From positions 1 to 52,844 of the forward strand of contig NZ_CALIJA010000203.1 of NCBI RefSeq assembly GCF_938017615.1: a stretch of DNA of 52,844 bases. The letters are read 5' to 3'. Of this stretch, positions 39,270 to 51,513 are shown piece by piece. The position numbers and the translations under genes were made by a program. The notes under the pieces are model-generated. The model saw only the letters and a list, made by a program, of their open reading frames with translations. It made no database searches and had not been told where the DNA came from. Source of the DNA: an uncultured Campylobacter sp. GTDB taxonomy: Bacteria > Campylobacterota > Campylobacteria > Campylobacterales > Campylobacteraceae. Each line of letters opens with the position of its first letter. Position 1 is the first letter of the stretch.

Positions 39270-40325
39270 ATGTTCATAGACAGCGTAAAGCTTAGCGTCA
39301 AATCAGGCGACGGCGGCGCGGGCTGCGTCAGCTTCCGCCGCGAAAAATTCGTCATCTCAGGCGGTCCCGACGGCGGCGACGGCGGCGACGGCGGCGACGT
39401 GTATTTTAGGGTCGATAAAAACTCCCACACCCTCTCATCCTACAAGGGCAAGCGTGAGTTTAAAGCGCAAAACGGCGCGCCCGGCGAGGGTCGCAAAAAG
39501 ACCGGCAAAAGCGGCGAGGATCTCTATCTCATCGTCCCTCCCGGCACCAGCGTTTACGACGAGGATAGCGGCGAGCTGGTGCTCGATATGCTAAACGACG
39601 GCGAAACGAGGCTGTTTTTAAAAGGCGGCAAGGGCGGGCTTGGCAACGTGCACTTTAAAAGCTCGATCAACCAAGCCCCCGAATATGCGCAAAAAGGTCT
39701 CGAAGGGCAGACGCGAGAGGTGAGATTGGAGCTAAAACTCATCGCCGACGTGGGGCTCGTAGGCTTTCCAAACGTGGGCAAAAGCACGCTAATCTCGACC
39801 GTTTCAAACGCCAAACCTCAGATCGCAAACTATGAGTTTACCACCCTTACGCCAAAGCTCGGTCTAGTCGAGGTCGATGAATACAGCGGCTTTGTCATGG
39901 CCGATATCCCGGGCATTATCGAGGGCGCAAGCGAAGGGCGCGGGCTTGGCGTGCAGTTTTTAAAACACGTCGAGCGCACGAAAATTTTGCTTTTTATGCT
40001 TGATCTTGCGAACTACCGCAGCCTCGAGGAGCAGTTTGACGCGCTGAGGGCTGAGACGGCGAAATTTTCAGAGGGGCTTGCAAAAAGAGACTACGCGATC
40101 GCTCTAACTCGCGCGGACGCGGCCGAAAATTTGCAGGAAAAATTTGACGCGTTTTTGGCGCATTTGGGGCTTTCGGGCACGGCGGGCGAGATGAAATTTA
40201 AGCAAGATATTTATGAATTTGACGCCGCCAAGCCGTTTTTTATAACGCCGATCTCCTCGGCGACGGGACAAAATATAAACGAGCTAAAATTTGCCCTGCT
40301 TGAGCTGCTTAAAAAGGAGCTGTAG
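39270..40325 (+). CDS. obgE: GTPase ObgE
   Basis: MFID start, Gly-rich Obg fold, [23 protein letters not shown] at 39239-39244. Confidence 0.97.
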   Translation: MFIDSVKLSVKSGDGGAGCVSFRREKFVISGGPDGGDGGDGGDVYFRVDKNSHTLSSYKGKREFKAQNGAPGEGRKKTGKSGEDLYLIVPPGTSVYDEDSGELVLDMLNDGETRLFLKGGKGGLGNVHFKSSINQAPEYAQKGLEGQTREVRLELKLIADVGLVGFPNVGKSTLISTVSNAKPQIANYEFTTLTPKLGLVEVDEYSGFVMADIPGIIEGASEGRGLGVQFLKHVERTKILLFMLDLANYRSLEEQFDALRAETAKFSEGLAKRDYAIALTRADAAENLQEKFDAFLAHLGLSGTAGEMKFKQDIYEFDAAKPFFITPISSATGQNINELKFALLELLKKEL

Positions 40326-40456
40326 GCTGCGGTAAAAGTCGCGCCTTAAAGAATTTTTGACGAATGTGGGCTTTTAAGCGCGCACGTATATGCGAGTAAA
40401 TTTTTATGTTTACCGCTCGCAAACGTCGCAAAAAGATAAAAATTTAAGAAGGCGAA

Positions 40457-40798
40457 ATGAATAAAATTTTTATACTTGTGCTGTTATGTCTCGGCGCATA
40501 CGGTTGCGATCCCGCCGATCCGGTGCCGAATTTTATGGAGTTTAATGACAAAGATAACGACGGCGCACTGAGCTTGCAGGAGTGGACGGCGAGCGAGGTG
40601 CCGTCTGGGCTGAGAGTAAAGCTAAGTCTGCGCTCAGGCTCTGAATTTAAGAGGCTCGATGCTAATCGTGACGGCAAGGTTAGCCTTGATGAGCTGGGAG
40701 CGAAACCGTCTGCAAAGATTTATTGGTCCGAAGATCCGTGCGCTTTTTGGCCTTGGCCGGACGGATCCGAGGACAAAAATCAATCCGCCGTCAAATAA
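40457..40798 (+). CDS. exported two-EF-hand calcium-binding protein
   Basis: Signal peptide (MNKIFILVLLCLGAYG|C); canonical 12-residue loops DKDNDGALSLQE and DANRDGKVSLDE. Confidence 0.8.
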   Translation: MNKIFILVLLCLGAYGCDPADPVPNFMEFNDKDNDGALSLQEWTASEVPSGLRVKLSLRSGSEFKRLDANRDGKVSLDELGAKPSAKIYWSEDPCAFWPWPDGSEDKNQSAVK

Positions 40799-40985
40799 GG
40801 CGCATAAAACGGCAATGATGCGGCCTCTTGCGCGGGGTTTAGTTTGTGCGATGCGTATAAATTTTGCTTCGCTCAAGCGAGTATGAACCAGTTTTGCTTC
40901 GCGGTCTGCGTAAAATTTATTTCGAGCACAACTAGCGTCTGCATGATCGCTCGCACCGTGATGTGGCTAAATTTAAAGGAAAAGA

Positions 40986-41906
40986 ATGAGTATAGTTTTT
41001 ATGGGTACGCCCGAGTATGCGGCTAAAATTTTACGCGCGCTTGCGGGGGCGAAATTTAATATCGCGGCCGTCTTTACGCAGCCTGATAAGCCCGCCGGTA
41101 GGAAACAAATTTTAACTCCGAGCGAGGTTAAAGTTTACGCGCAGCAGTATCTGCCCGCCGTGCCGATCTTTCAGCCTGCGACACTCAAAGACGAGGCGGT
41201 TGCGGCGCAGATAAAAGAGCTAAAACCCGATTTTATCGTGGTTGCCGCATACGGTAAAATTTTGCCGCAAAGCGTGCTTGATATCGCTCCTTGCATAAAC
41301 CTGCACGCTTCGATCCTGCCTAAATACCGCGGCGCAAGCCCGATCCAAAGCGCGATCTTGGCGGGCGAGAAGCAGACGGGCGTGACGGCGATGCTGATGG
41401 ATGCGGGGCTTGACACGGGCGATATTCTTGATTTTGCCTACACGCCTTGCGAGGATAAAACGGCGGAGCAGCTGTTTGACGAGCTAGGCGATCTAGCGGG
41501 CGAGCTGATCGTGCGAGTGTTACGAAATTTTACAAATTTGACGCCGCTAAAGCAAGAGGGCGCGCAGGCTACGCACTGCAAAAAGATAAGCAAATCTGAC
41601 GGGCTTTTTAGCTTTGAGGAAAGCGCACGGCAGATTTATAATAAATTTCGCGCGCTAACGCCCTGGCCGGGGATTTATCTAGCTAGCGGGTTAAAAATTT
41701 TAGAACTAGAGCTTTTGCGCGAATCTTGCGGGCGTAAATTTCAGCGCGCGAGCGAAATTCTACACGTTGATAAGCCCAGTTTTTGCGTTTCTTGCAGCGA
41801 GGGCGCGGTTAAGATCATAAAGGTGCAAGAGCCCGGCAAAAAGCCGGTGGACGCTAGCGCGTATCTAAACGGCAAGCGGCTAAAGATCGGCGACCTGCTA
41901 TGCTAA
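40986..41906 (+). CDS. fmt: methionyl-tRNA formyltransferase
   Basis: VFMGTP, TQPDKP, VAAYG and NLHASILPKYRGASPI motifs. Confidence 0.96.
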   Translation: MSIVFMGTPEYAAKILRALAGAKFNIAAVFTQPDKPAGRKQILTPSEVKVYAQQYLPAVPIFQPATLKDEAVAAQIKELKPDFIVVAAYGKILPQSVLDIAPCINLHASILPKYRGASPIQSAILAGEKQTGVTAMLMDAGLDTGDILDFAYTPCEDKTAEQLFDELGDLAGELIVRVLRNFTNLTPLKQEGAQATHCKKISKSDGLFSFEESARQIYNKFRALTPWPGIYLASGLKILELELLRESCGRKFQRASEILHVDKPSFCVSCSEGAVKIIKVQEPGKKPVDASAYLNGKRLKIGDLLC

Positions 41907-42448
41907 GCGGGATTTTAAATTCTCGCGTTTTGTGCCACGCTTTTGATGCTATGCTGGGATTTTATTTGCGCCGCGCTTTTGGCGTCGCGGCGAAATTCTG
42001 CCTTGGGTATCGCCGCGATCGTGAAGTAAAATTTTACTGTGCGGAATTTCGAAGCGAAGCTCCAAAATCAAGGCTTTATAAAATTCTAAAACCTCGCTTC
42101 TATACTTTAAAATTTTACGCTCGCAGGAGCTTTAAATTTCGCTTTGGCAGTTGCGAACCTTGCGGCGTCGCACCGAACACACACCGCTTAAAATTCTATG
42201 ATCGTGCCACAGAATTTTTGCGAGATAAAGCTTTAAAATTTTATCGAAATACCGCTGGGAAAATCCGCATTGCCGAAGAATTTAGCAAGAGCGTAAAATT
42301 CCATCGCACAAAATTTCACTATGTCGTAAAATTTAATCATGCTAAATTTTATCTTGTCTCAAAATTCTATCACTACGCGGAATTTAAACGCTTGCAATAT
42401 TTCAAGGCGAGCCCTTCACCTTACGCAAGGAGCGGGTTTTGCAAGTAG
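41900..42448 (+). other. RAATTY-array ORF (182 aa, KF/EF-repeat-rich) bridging fmt and birA; coding status uncertain
   Basis: Overlaps the fmt stop and the birA start; 15 of 17 RAATTY sites between 41917 and 42385 fall in its frame as K-F or E-F codons. Confidence 0.45.
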
Positions 42449-43074
42449 AATTTGTAGAGCAAATGCCCTCCACGCAGGAGTTTTTGGTGAACGCCGTGCG
42501 CGAAGGCAGGATAACGCCGCCTTTTGCGATCGCCGCAAATCGCCAAAGCGCCGGTATCGGCTCGCGCGGCAATGATTGGGAGGGCGCGAGCGGCAATCTC
42601 GCATTTTCGTTCTGTGTCGCGCAGAGCGATATGCCCGCGGACGTGCCGCCTCAGTCGGCGAGCATATATTTTGCGATGATTATGCAGGAGCTTCTAGCAT
42701 CGCTCGGCTCGCAGCTTTGGCTTAAATGGCCCAACGATTTTTATGTGGATGAGCGCAAAATCGGTGGGACGATGACGAATAAGATCAAAAATACCCTCAT
42801 CTGCGGCATCGGCATAAACCTACTCGGCGCGCCCGAATATGCGGGAATTTTAGATATAAAAATCAGCGCAAAAGACGCTATAGAGGGCTTTTTTACGCTA
42901 TATGAAAATAAAATCTCGTGGAAGCAAATTTTTAGAAATTTTTCGTTACAATTCCAAAAATCGCAAAAATTTAGCGTTCATCTAGGCGACGAAAAAATTT
43001 CGCTTGCGCAGGCTAAACTTTGCGAAGACGGATCGATCATAATAAATGAAGAAAGGGTTTATGCTTTAAGATGA
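42439..43074 (+). CDS. birA: biotin-[acetyl-CoA-carboxylase] ligase (no HTH)
   Basis: STQ, QSAGIGSRGNDW, LKWPND, KIGG and CGIGIN motifs. Confidence 0.93.
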   Translation: MQVEFVEQMPSTQEFLVNAVREGRITPPFAIAANRQSAGIGSRGNDWEGASGNLAFSFCVAQSDMPADVPPQSASIYFAMIMQELLASLGSQLWLKWPNDFYVDERKIGGTMTNKIKNTLICGIGINLLGAPEYAGILDIKISAKDAIEGFFTLYENKISWKQIFRNFSLQFQKSQKFSVHLGDEKISLAQAKLCEDGSIIINEERVYALR

Positions 43075-43862
43075 GTGAAGTAATTACGATTGCCAATCAA
43101 AAAGGCGGCGTCGGAAAGACGACCACAGCGGTCAATCTCGCTGCGTCGCTAGCGATAAAGAAAAAGCGGGTCCTACTGATTGACGTAGACCCTCAGGCGA
43201 ACGCTACGACCGGACTTGGCTTTAACCGCAGCGACTTTGAATTTAACATTTATCACGTCCTAACGGGGCGTAAGAGCATGTCCGAAGTGATCCAAAAGAC
43301 CGAACTTGAGTTTATGGATTTAGTACCGTCAAACATTGGACTTGTAGGTATCGAGCGCGAAGTAAGCGAAGAGAAAGACTTCAAACTAATGCTAAAAAAT
43401 AAAATTTCCGAGGTTAAGGACAGATACGATTTCATCATCATCGATTCGCCGCCGACGCTCGGTAGCATTACGGTAAATGCCTTGGTCGCAAGTGATAGCG
43501 TAATTATCCCGATTCAGTGCGAATTCTATGCGCTTGAAGGCGTCGCGCTGATCCTAAATACCGTAAAAGTCGTCAAGCAAACACTCAATAAAAATTTAAA
43601 AATTCGCGGATTTTTGCCTACGATGTACAGCTTGCAAAACAATCTAGCCAAAGAAACGGTCGCGAATTTACGCGAGTATTTTGATGATAAGCTCTTTCGT
43701 ATCGGCAAGAGTGATGATCTAGTCATCATCCCGCGCAATATTAAGCTAGCCGAAAGCCCAAGCTTTGGCAAGCCGGTGGTTTTATACGATATAAAATCTG
43801 CTGGCTCCATTGCCTATCAAGACCTCGCTAAATCCATAATGGAGCAAAAATGGGCAAGGTAA
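43071..43862 (+). CDS. parA: ParA/Soj partition ATPase
   Basis: NQKGGVGKTT, DVDPQANAT, DSPP and PRNIKLAESPSFG motifs. Confidence 0.95.
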   Translation: MSEVITIANQKGGVGKTTTAVNLAASLAIKKKRVLLIDVDPQANATTGLGFNRSDFEFNIYHVLTGRKSMSEVIQKTELEFMDLVPSNIGLVGIEREVSEEKDFKLMLKNKISEVKDRYDFIIIDSPPTLGSITVNALVASDSVIIPIQCEFYALEGVALILNTVKVVKQTLNKNLKIRGFLPTMYSLQNNLAKETVANLREYFDDKLFRIGKSDDLVIIPRNIKLAESPSFGKPVVLYDIKSAGSIAYQDLAKSIMEQKWAR

Positions 43863-44713
43863 AAAGAGCACTCGGTCGCGGGCTCGGTGCGATTTTAGAC
43901 GACGTAGAAAGCTCCTATAACAGGGAGCTAGAAAGTGGAAATGCAGATAATTTAGTTATCGAAATCGATGTCGATAAAATCGAGCCAAATCCATATCAAC
44001 CGCGTCAAAGCTTCGATGAAGAGGCACTTAGGCAGCTAAGCGAAAGCATCGCTCGCCACGGGCTCATTCAACCTATCATTGTTATTCAAAAAGATGATTC
44101 TTACGTCCTTATCGCCGGCGAGCGACGTCTAAGAGCGACGAAGCTTTTGGGCGAGAGTAAAATCAAAGCCGTAGTCGCGGACATAAAATCTCAAAATTTA
44201 AGAGAGCTTGCCCTCATAGAAAATATCCAGCGCGAGGATCTAAATCCTATCGAGCTTGCTAAGTCCTATAAGGAGCTCATCGGCGAATACAGGATCACGC
44301 AAGAGGAGTTAGCCGACATCATCAAAAAGTCCCGCACGCAGATTACCAACACGTTAAGGCTTTTAAATTTATGCTCCGAAGTGCAAGACGCCATAAGCGC
44401 AGATAAAATTTCGCAAGGGCACGCCAAGATAATGGTTGGACTTGAAAAAGAGGATCAAATTTTAGCGCTAAATACCATTTTAGGACAGCGTCTAAGCGTA
44501 AGAGATACCGAAAATTTAGTAAAAAAGCTCAAAGATAAAACCGTTCCGAAAGAGAAAAAGCCTGGTGCGGAATTTCAAAGCTTCAAGCCTGAGCTTTTAA
44601 AGCTAAAGGCCAAGCTTGATCAATTTGGTAAAATAAGCATCAAAGAGCGTAAAATTTCGATCGAATTTAGCGAAATTTTACAAATTTCCGAGTTTTTAAA
44701 GAAAATCGGATGA
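43850..44713 (+). CDS. parB: ParB/Spo0J partition protein
   Basis: LGRGL, NPYQPR, IAGERRLRA and ENIQREDL motifs. Confidence 0.95.
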   Translation: MGKVKRALGRGLGAILDDVESSYNRELESGNADNLVIEIDVDKIEPNPYQPRQSFDEEALRQLSESIARHGLIQPIIVIQKDDSYVLIAGERRLRATKLLGESKIKAVVADIKSQNLRELALIENIQREDLNPIELAKSYKELIGEYRITQEELADIIKKSRTQITNTLRLLNLCSEVQDAISADKISQGHAKIMVGLEKEDQILALNTILGQRLSVRDTENLVKKLKDKTVPKEKKPGAEFQSFKPELLKLKAKLDQFGKISIKERKISIEFSEILQISEFLKKIG

Positions 44714-44787
44714 TTTTTTATAGTGTATTTTAATTTTTCATATTGTAAAATACGCATTTTGTTTAAAACTAATCTGGAGGAGGTGCG

Positions 44788-45210
44788 ATGCTAGACGTAA
44801 GTTTGACCGCCATGATAACGACCATCGTCGTATTTTTAGCTTTGATTTACTTCTTAAATATCAAGCTTTATAGACCGCTACTTTTGCATATGGAAAAGCG
44901 AGAAGCTATTATTAAAGAAGATGAGGCAAATGCGATGAAAAACGCACAAGATGCAGATGCCGATAAAGCAGAGATCGTAAGGATCATGGATGCTGCGAAG
45001 TTGCAAGCTGTTAAAATAAAGCAAGAGGCGATGGATAGCGCGAAGCAGGCTGCCGCTAGAGAAATAGCCGAGAAAAAAGCCGCTATGGAGGAAGATTTCG
45101 ATCAATTCTTAGGCGGTTTGGATGAGCAAAAGCGCAACCTAAAAAATGATTTGCAAGCTAAAATTCCGGAATTTAAAAATGCTCTAAGCAGCGCTGTGGC
45201 TAAAGTATGA
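44788..45210 (+). CDS. F0F1 ATP synthase subunit b'
   Basis: N-terminal TM helix plus coiled coil (LYRPLL...MEKR); first gene of the atp cluster. Confidence 0.85.
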   Translation: MLDVSLTAMITTIVVFLALIYFLNIKLYRPLLLHMEKREAIIKEDEANAMKNAQDADADKAEIVRIMDAAKLQAVKIKQEAMDSAKQAAAREIAEKKAAMEEDFDQFLGGLDEQKRNLKNDLQAKIPEFKNALSSAVAKV

Positions 45211-45220
45211 GGATTTTAGT

Positions 45221-45736
45221 ATGAAAAAATATCTATTTTTATTTATAATTCCCGCGTTTGTTTTAGCAAGCGATGGGCACGATGGAGTCAAGGACTACGA
45301 CGTGCTGTGGCGAAGCATAAATTTCATTTTGTTTTTCGGAATTTTGTTTTATCTTTTAAAAGGTCCTGCAAAAGCAGCATATCAAGGTAGAATCAACGGC
45401 ATCGCATCTAGACTTGAGGCTAATCAGAAAATTTTAAAAGAGTCCGCAGCTCGCAAGGAGCAAGCTAAAAAAGATCTGCAAGATGCCAAGGTTCAAGGCG
45501 CAGCTTTAATTGAAACTGCTAAAAAAGAGATCGTGTTCGCTACCGAAAAGATAAAAAATGCGACCGAACAAGAGATTGCGAATTTGCAAAAATCTTTCGA
45601 TGAGCAGAAGAGCTTTGAGGCGCGCAAGATCAAAAAAGAGGTCGTAAGCGAGATACTGGATGACGTTTTTGCATCGGATGACATCAAATTTGGTCAAGAC
45701 AAACTGGTTAAAATCGTAGAGAAAAAGGTCGGATGA
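45221..45736 (+). CDS. atpF: F0F1 ATP synthase subunit b
   Basis: WRSINFILFFGIL TM helix plus coiled coil. Confidence 0.88.
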   Translation: MKKYLFLFIIPAFVLASDGHDGVKDYDVLWRSINFILFFGILFYLLKGPAKAAYQGRINGIASRLEANQKILKESAARKEQAKKDLQDAKVQGAALIETAKKEIVFATEKIKNATEQEIANLQKSFDEQKSFEARKIKKEVVSEILDDVFASDDIKFGQDKLVKIVEKKVG

Positions 45737-46266
45737 TGATAAATAACACCTCAAAAAGATATGTAAACGCCCTAATACTGAGCTATAAAAAAGATGAACT
45801 AGGCTCTGTTTTGCAGACGCTCGAGAGCGTCGCAAGCGCATTTAGAATTCCAAAATTCCAAGATATTGTAAAATCTCCGACGCTAAAAGAGGAATCCAAA
45901 GTGGAACTTATTGCGTCGTTTATAAAAAATCCAAGCGAAAAAATCGTAAATTTTATTAAACTTTTAGCTAAGAATAGGCGTATTGCGCTAATTCCACAGA
46001 TAGTCGAGGAGCTGCGCAAGAATATTGCGGCGCTGGATAATAAATACTTAGGTAAAATTTATTCCGCTACCGAAATAGACGTCGCGAAAATAAAAGAGCT
46101 AGAGGCTAAAATTTCAAAGAAATTTAATGCAGATATTACCCTACAACCCGTTAAAAGTGAGCTTGAGGGCATTAAGATCGAAGTAGAGGATCTTGGATTT
46201 GAGATTAGTTTTTCAGTTGATAGATTGAAACAAAAAATGAGCGAATATATTTTAAAAGCAATTTAA
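45733..46266 (+). CDS. atpH: F0F1 ATP synthase subunit delta
   Basis: KRYVNAL and NFIKLLAKNRR motifs; position before atpA. Confidence 0.9.
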   Translation: MMINNTSKRYVNALILSYKKDELGSVLQTLESVASAFRIPKFQDIVKSPTLKEESKVELIASFIKNPSEKIVNFIKLLAKNRRIALIPQIVEELRKNIAALDNKYLGKIYSATEIDVAKIKELEAKISKKFNADITLQPVKSELEGIKIEVEDLGFEISFSVDRLKQKMSEYILKAI

Positions 46267-46277
46267 AGGAGTAAAGC

Positions 46278-47792
46278 GTGGGTGCGAAAATTAAGGCAGA
46301 CGAAATCAGCAGCATAATCAAAGAGCGAATTGAAAATTTCGATCTTAGCGTTGATATCGAAGAAACCGGCAAGGTCGTTTCGGTCGCAGACGGTGTTGCT
46401 AATGTTTACGGCTTAAAAAACGTAATGGCTAACGAGATGGTCGAATTCGAAAACGGAGCTCGTGGTATCGCGTTAAATTTAGAGGAGAGCAGTGTCGGCA
46501 TCGTTATTTTAGGCGATACTAGCGGTATTAACGAAAGTAGTAGCGTTAAAAGACTGGGTAAGCTTTTGCGCGTTCCGGTAGGTGATGCATTAATCGGTCG
46601 CGTGGTAAACGCTCTAGGCGAGCCAATCGACGGCAAAGGCGCGATAGAGACCAGCGATACTAGATTTGTCGAAGAAAAGGCTAAAGGCATCATGGCTCGT
46701 AAATCCGTCCATGAGCCACTTCAAACTGGCCTTAAGGCGATCGACGCGCTAGTGCCGATTGGTCGCGGACAGCGCGAGCTCATCATCGGCGACCGCCAAA
46801 CGGGAAAAACTACCGTTGCTGTTGATACCATCATCAATCAAAAGGGTCAGGATGTCATCTGCATATATGTAGCAATCGGCCAGAAGCAATCCACCGTCGC
46901 ACAAGTCGTTAAAAAGCTTGAAGAATACGGTGCGATGGACTATACGATCGTAGTTGCAGCCGGTGCTAGCGAGGCAGCCGCGCTTCAGTATTTGGCACCG
47001 TATTCGGGCTGCACCATGGGTGAGTATTTCAGAGATAACTCCCGCCACGCGCTTATCATCTACGATGATTTGAGCAAGCATGCGGTTGCGTATCGCGAAA
47101 TGTCACTTATCTTGCGCCGTCCGCCAGGACGCGAGGCGTATCCTGGCGACGTATTTTATCTACATTCCCGTTTGCTTGAGCGCGCTAGCAAACTAAGCGA
47201 TGCACTCGGTGCAGGTAGCCTAACGGCGCTTCCTATCATCGAGACGCAGGCAGGCGACGTTTCGGCGTATATCCCTACAAACGTTATCTCTATCACTGAC
47301 GGTCAAATTTTCCTAGAGTCTGGTCTATTTAACTCTGGAATTCGTCCTGCGATCAACGTGGGTCTTTCGGTTAGCCGCGTCGGCGGTTCCGCGCAGATTA
47401 AAGCGATCAAAAAGGTCTCGGGAACCTTGCGCCTAGATCTTGCTCAATACCGCGAACTTCAGGCGTTTGCGCAGTTTGCGAGCGATCTGGACGAGAGTAG
47501 CCGCAAGCAGCTGGATCGCGGACAAAGAATGGTCGAAATTTTAAAGCAACCTCCTTATTCGCCGCTTCCGGTCGAAAATCAAGTGGTCATCATCTTTGCG
47601 GGAAGTCGCGGATTTTTAGACGACGTACCTACGAGCTCAATTGGCAAATTCGAAGCTGAGCTCTATCCGTATATCGAGGCAAAATATCCTGAAATTTTTG
47701 AAGAGATCAGAAGCAAAAAGACCATCGAGAAGAATTTGGAAGATAATTTGATCAAAGCATTAAATGACTTTAAAGCGACCTTTGCCGCTTAA
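46278..47792 (+). CDS. atpA: F0F1 ATP synthase subunit alpha
   Basis: GDRQTGKT and [20 protein letters not shown] motifs. Confidence 0.99.
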   Translation: MGAKIKADEISSIIKERIENFDLSVDIEETGKVVSVADGVANVYGLKNVMANEMVEFENGARGIALNLEESSVGIVILGDTSGINESSSVKRLGKLLRVPVGDALIGRVVNALGEPIDGKGAIETSDTRFVEEKAKGIMARKSVHEPLQTGLKAIDALVPIGRGQRELIIGDRQTGKTTVAVDTIINQKGQDVICIYVAIGQKQSTVAQVVKKLEEYGAMDYTIVVAAGASEAAALQYLAPYSGCTMGEYFRDNSRHALIIYDDLSKHAVAYREMSLILRRPPGREAYPGDVFYLHSRLLERASKLSDALGAGSLTALPIIETQAGDVSAYIPTNVISITDGQIFLESGLFNSGIRPAINVGLSVSRVGGSAQIKAIKKVSGTLRLDLAQYRELQAFAQFASDLDESSRKQLDRGQRMVEILKQPPYSPLPVENQVVIIFAGSRGFLDDVPTSSIGKFEAELYPYIEAKYPEIFEEIRSKKTIEKNLEDNLIKALNDFKATFAA

Positions 47793-47804
47793 AAAGGCTA
47801 AATT

Positions 47805-50122
<2,318 letters not shown>

Positions 50123-50132
50123 GAATTTTAAG

Positions 50133-50537
50133 ATGAAAGAATTTTTGCTTTTAGATATCGTTACACCCGAAGGGATGGTCTTTTCGGGCGAAGTCAAATC
50201 CGTCCAACTCCCCGGCATTACTGGCGAAATGGGTATTTTGCCAGGGCATGCGAGCTTGCTAACGGGGCTTAAAGATAAAAGCGAAGGCGGAGTCGTTGAG
50301 ATCGTAGATAAAGATGGCAAAAAGCAGCTTGTTTTGGTAAACGACGGATTTTTGGAAGTTACCGAAGAAAAAACTACTATTCTAGCCACTCAAGCCGTAG
50401 CTATCGGAGGTGATAGCGAAAGCGCCGTAGCGAAGTCTTTGCAGCGCGCTAAAGATATGCTTGCGTCCATTAGCTCCGATGCGGCAAATTCCGCAGCGAT
50501 TATGGCTAGAGTCGACGAATTCGCAAGGCAAAGTTAA
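50133..50537 (+). CDS. atpC: F0F1 ATP synthase subunit epsilon
   Basis: IVTPEG and GEMGILPGH motifs. Confidence 0.95.
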   Translation: MKEFLLLDIVTPEGMVFSGEVKSVQLPGITGEMGILPGHASLLTGLKDKSEGGVVEIVDKDGKKQLVLVNDGFLEVTEEKTTILATQAVAIGGDSESAVAKSLQRAKDMLASISSDAANSAAIMARVDEFARQS

Positions 50538-50539
50538 AT

Positions 50540-51115
50540 ATGCTAGATCTAATTTTAAGTTATTTTACGAGAAGCACGTTTATTACGATATTCGTGCTTT
50601 CTTGGTTATCCGTCTATTTTATCGTCACTTTTACGATTTTGATCTCCAGATTTGTAGGGCTTAGTGCGTGGCAACACCGCGAAGCAAAGGCACTCGAATC
50701 CTTACTAATGGGTGGTAGGATTTCGCTTTCGGGCTCTATTTTTCAAAAAGTAAATACCGATAAAATTTCAAAAGAAGCCTTGGAAATTTATAAAGGCAAA
50801 GCTGAACGCGACTCCACTAGCGGACTTACCTGGCTATCTATCGTCGCCTCTACTTCGCCGTTTATCGGGCTATTTGGTACAGTCGTTAGCATACTTCACA
50901 CATTTTCCAAGCTTGGCGGCGGGAATTCCGGCATCGATACTATCGCTCCTGCGATCAGTGAGGCGCTGGTTGCTACAGGATGTGGAATTTTTGTAGCGAT
51001 CCCCGCATACACCTTCAGCTTACTTATAAAACGCAAAGCATACGAAGTTATGAGCATCATAAATCGTACGGCAGATATTTTGCTATTTAAAGCAAACACT
51101 GGAAAAGCTATTTAA
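50540..51115 (+). CDS. MotA/TolQ/ExbB proton-channel protein (TolQ-like)
   Basis: SPFIGLFGTV and ISEALVATGCGIFVAIPA motifs. Confidence 0.9.
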   Translation: MLDLILSYFTRSTFITIFVLSWLSVYFIVTFTILISRFVGLSAWQHREAKALESLLMGGRISLSGSIFQKVNTDKISKEALEIYKGKAERDSTSGLTWLSIVASTSPFIGLFGTVVSILHTFSKLGGGNSGIDTIAPAISEALVATGCGIFVAIPAYTFSLLIKRKAYEVMSIINRTADILLFKANTGKAI

Positions 51116-51513
51116 TGTATAATTTCGACGAAAATCCAGAGTTAAATATCACTCCGCTCGTCGATATTATGCTTGTTTTGCTAGCGATTTTAATGGTCGC
51201 GCAAACGGCGATTATCTACGATGAGAAGATCGAACTGCCTAGTGGCTCAAAAGCACAGGTTTCGGAAAATACCGCAGAATTCTTGCTTGTGCGTATCGGT
51301 GAAGATCGCAAGGTTTATATCGACAAAAGCTCGATGAGCCTAGCTGAATTCCCGGATAATCTCGTGCTGCTTAAAGGCACCGGCAAGTATAGCTTGGAAA
51401 AACCTGTCTATATCCAAGCCGATAAGAGACTCGTTTATGACGATGTAATGTTTGTCTTAAAGAGTTTAAAGCAAGCGGGTTTTACTAAAGTCGCGCTTCA
51501 AACAAATGGCTAA
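51115..51513 (+). CDS. ExbD/TolR protein
   Basis: LNITPLVDIMLVLL and ADKRLVYDDV motifs. Confidence 0.9.
   Translation: MYNFDENPELNITPLVDIMLVLLAILMVAQTAIIYDEKIELPSGSKAQVSENTAEFLLVRIGEDRKVYIDKSSMSLAEFPDNLVLLKGTGKYSLEKPVYIQADKRLVYDDVMFVLKSLKQAGFTKVALQTNG

Noticed and set aside
39369..39398. GACGGCGGC tandem repeat in obgE
   Set aside because: It encodes the conserved Gly-rich DGGDGG motif of the Obg fold.
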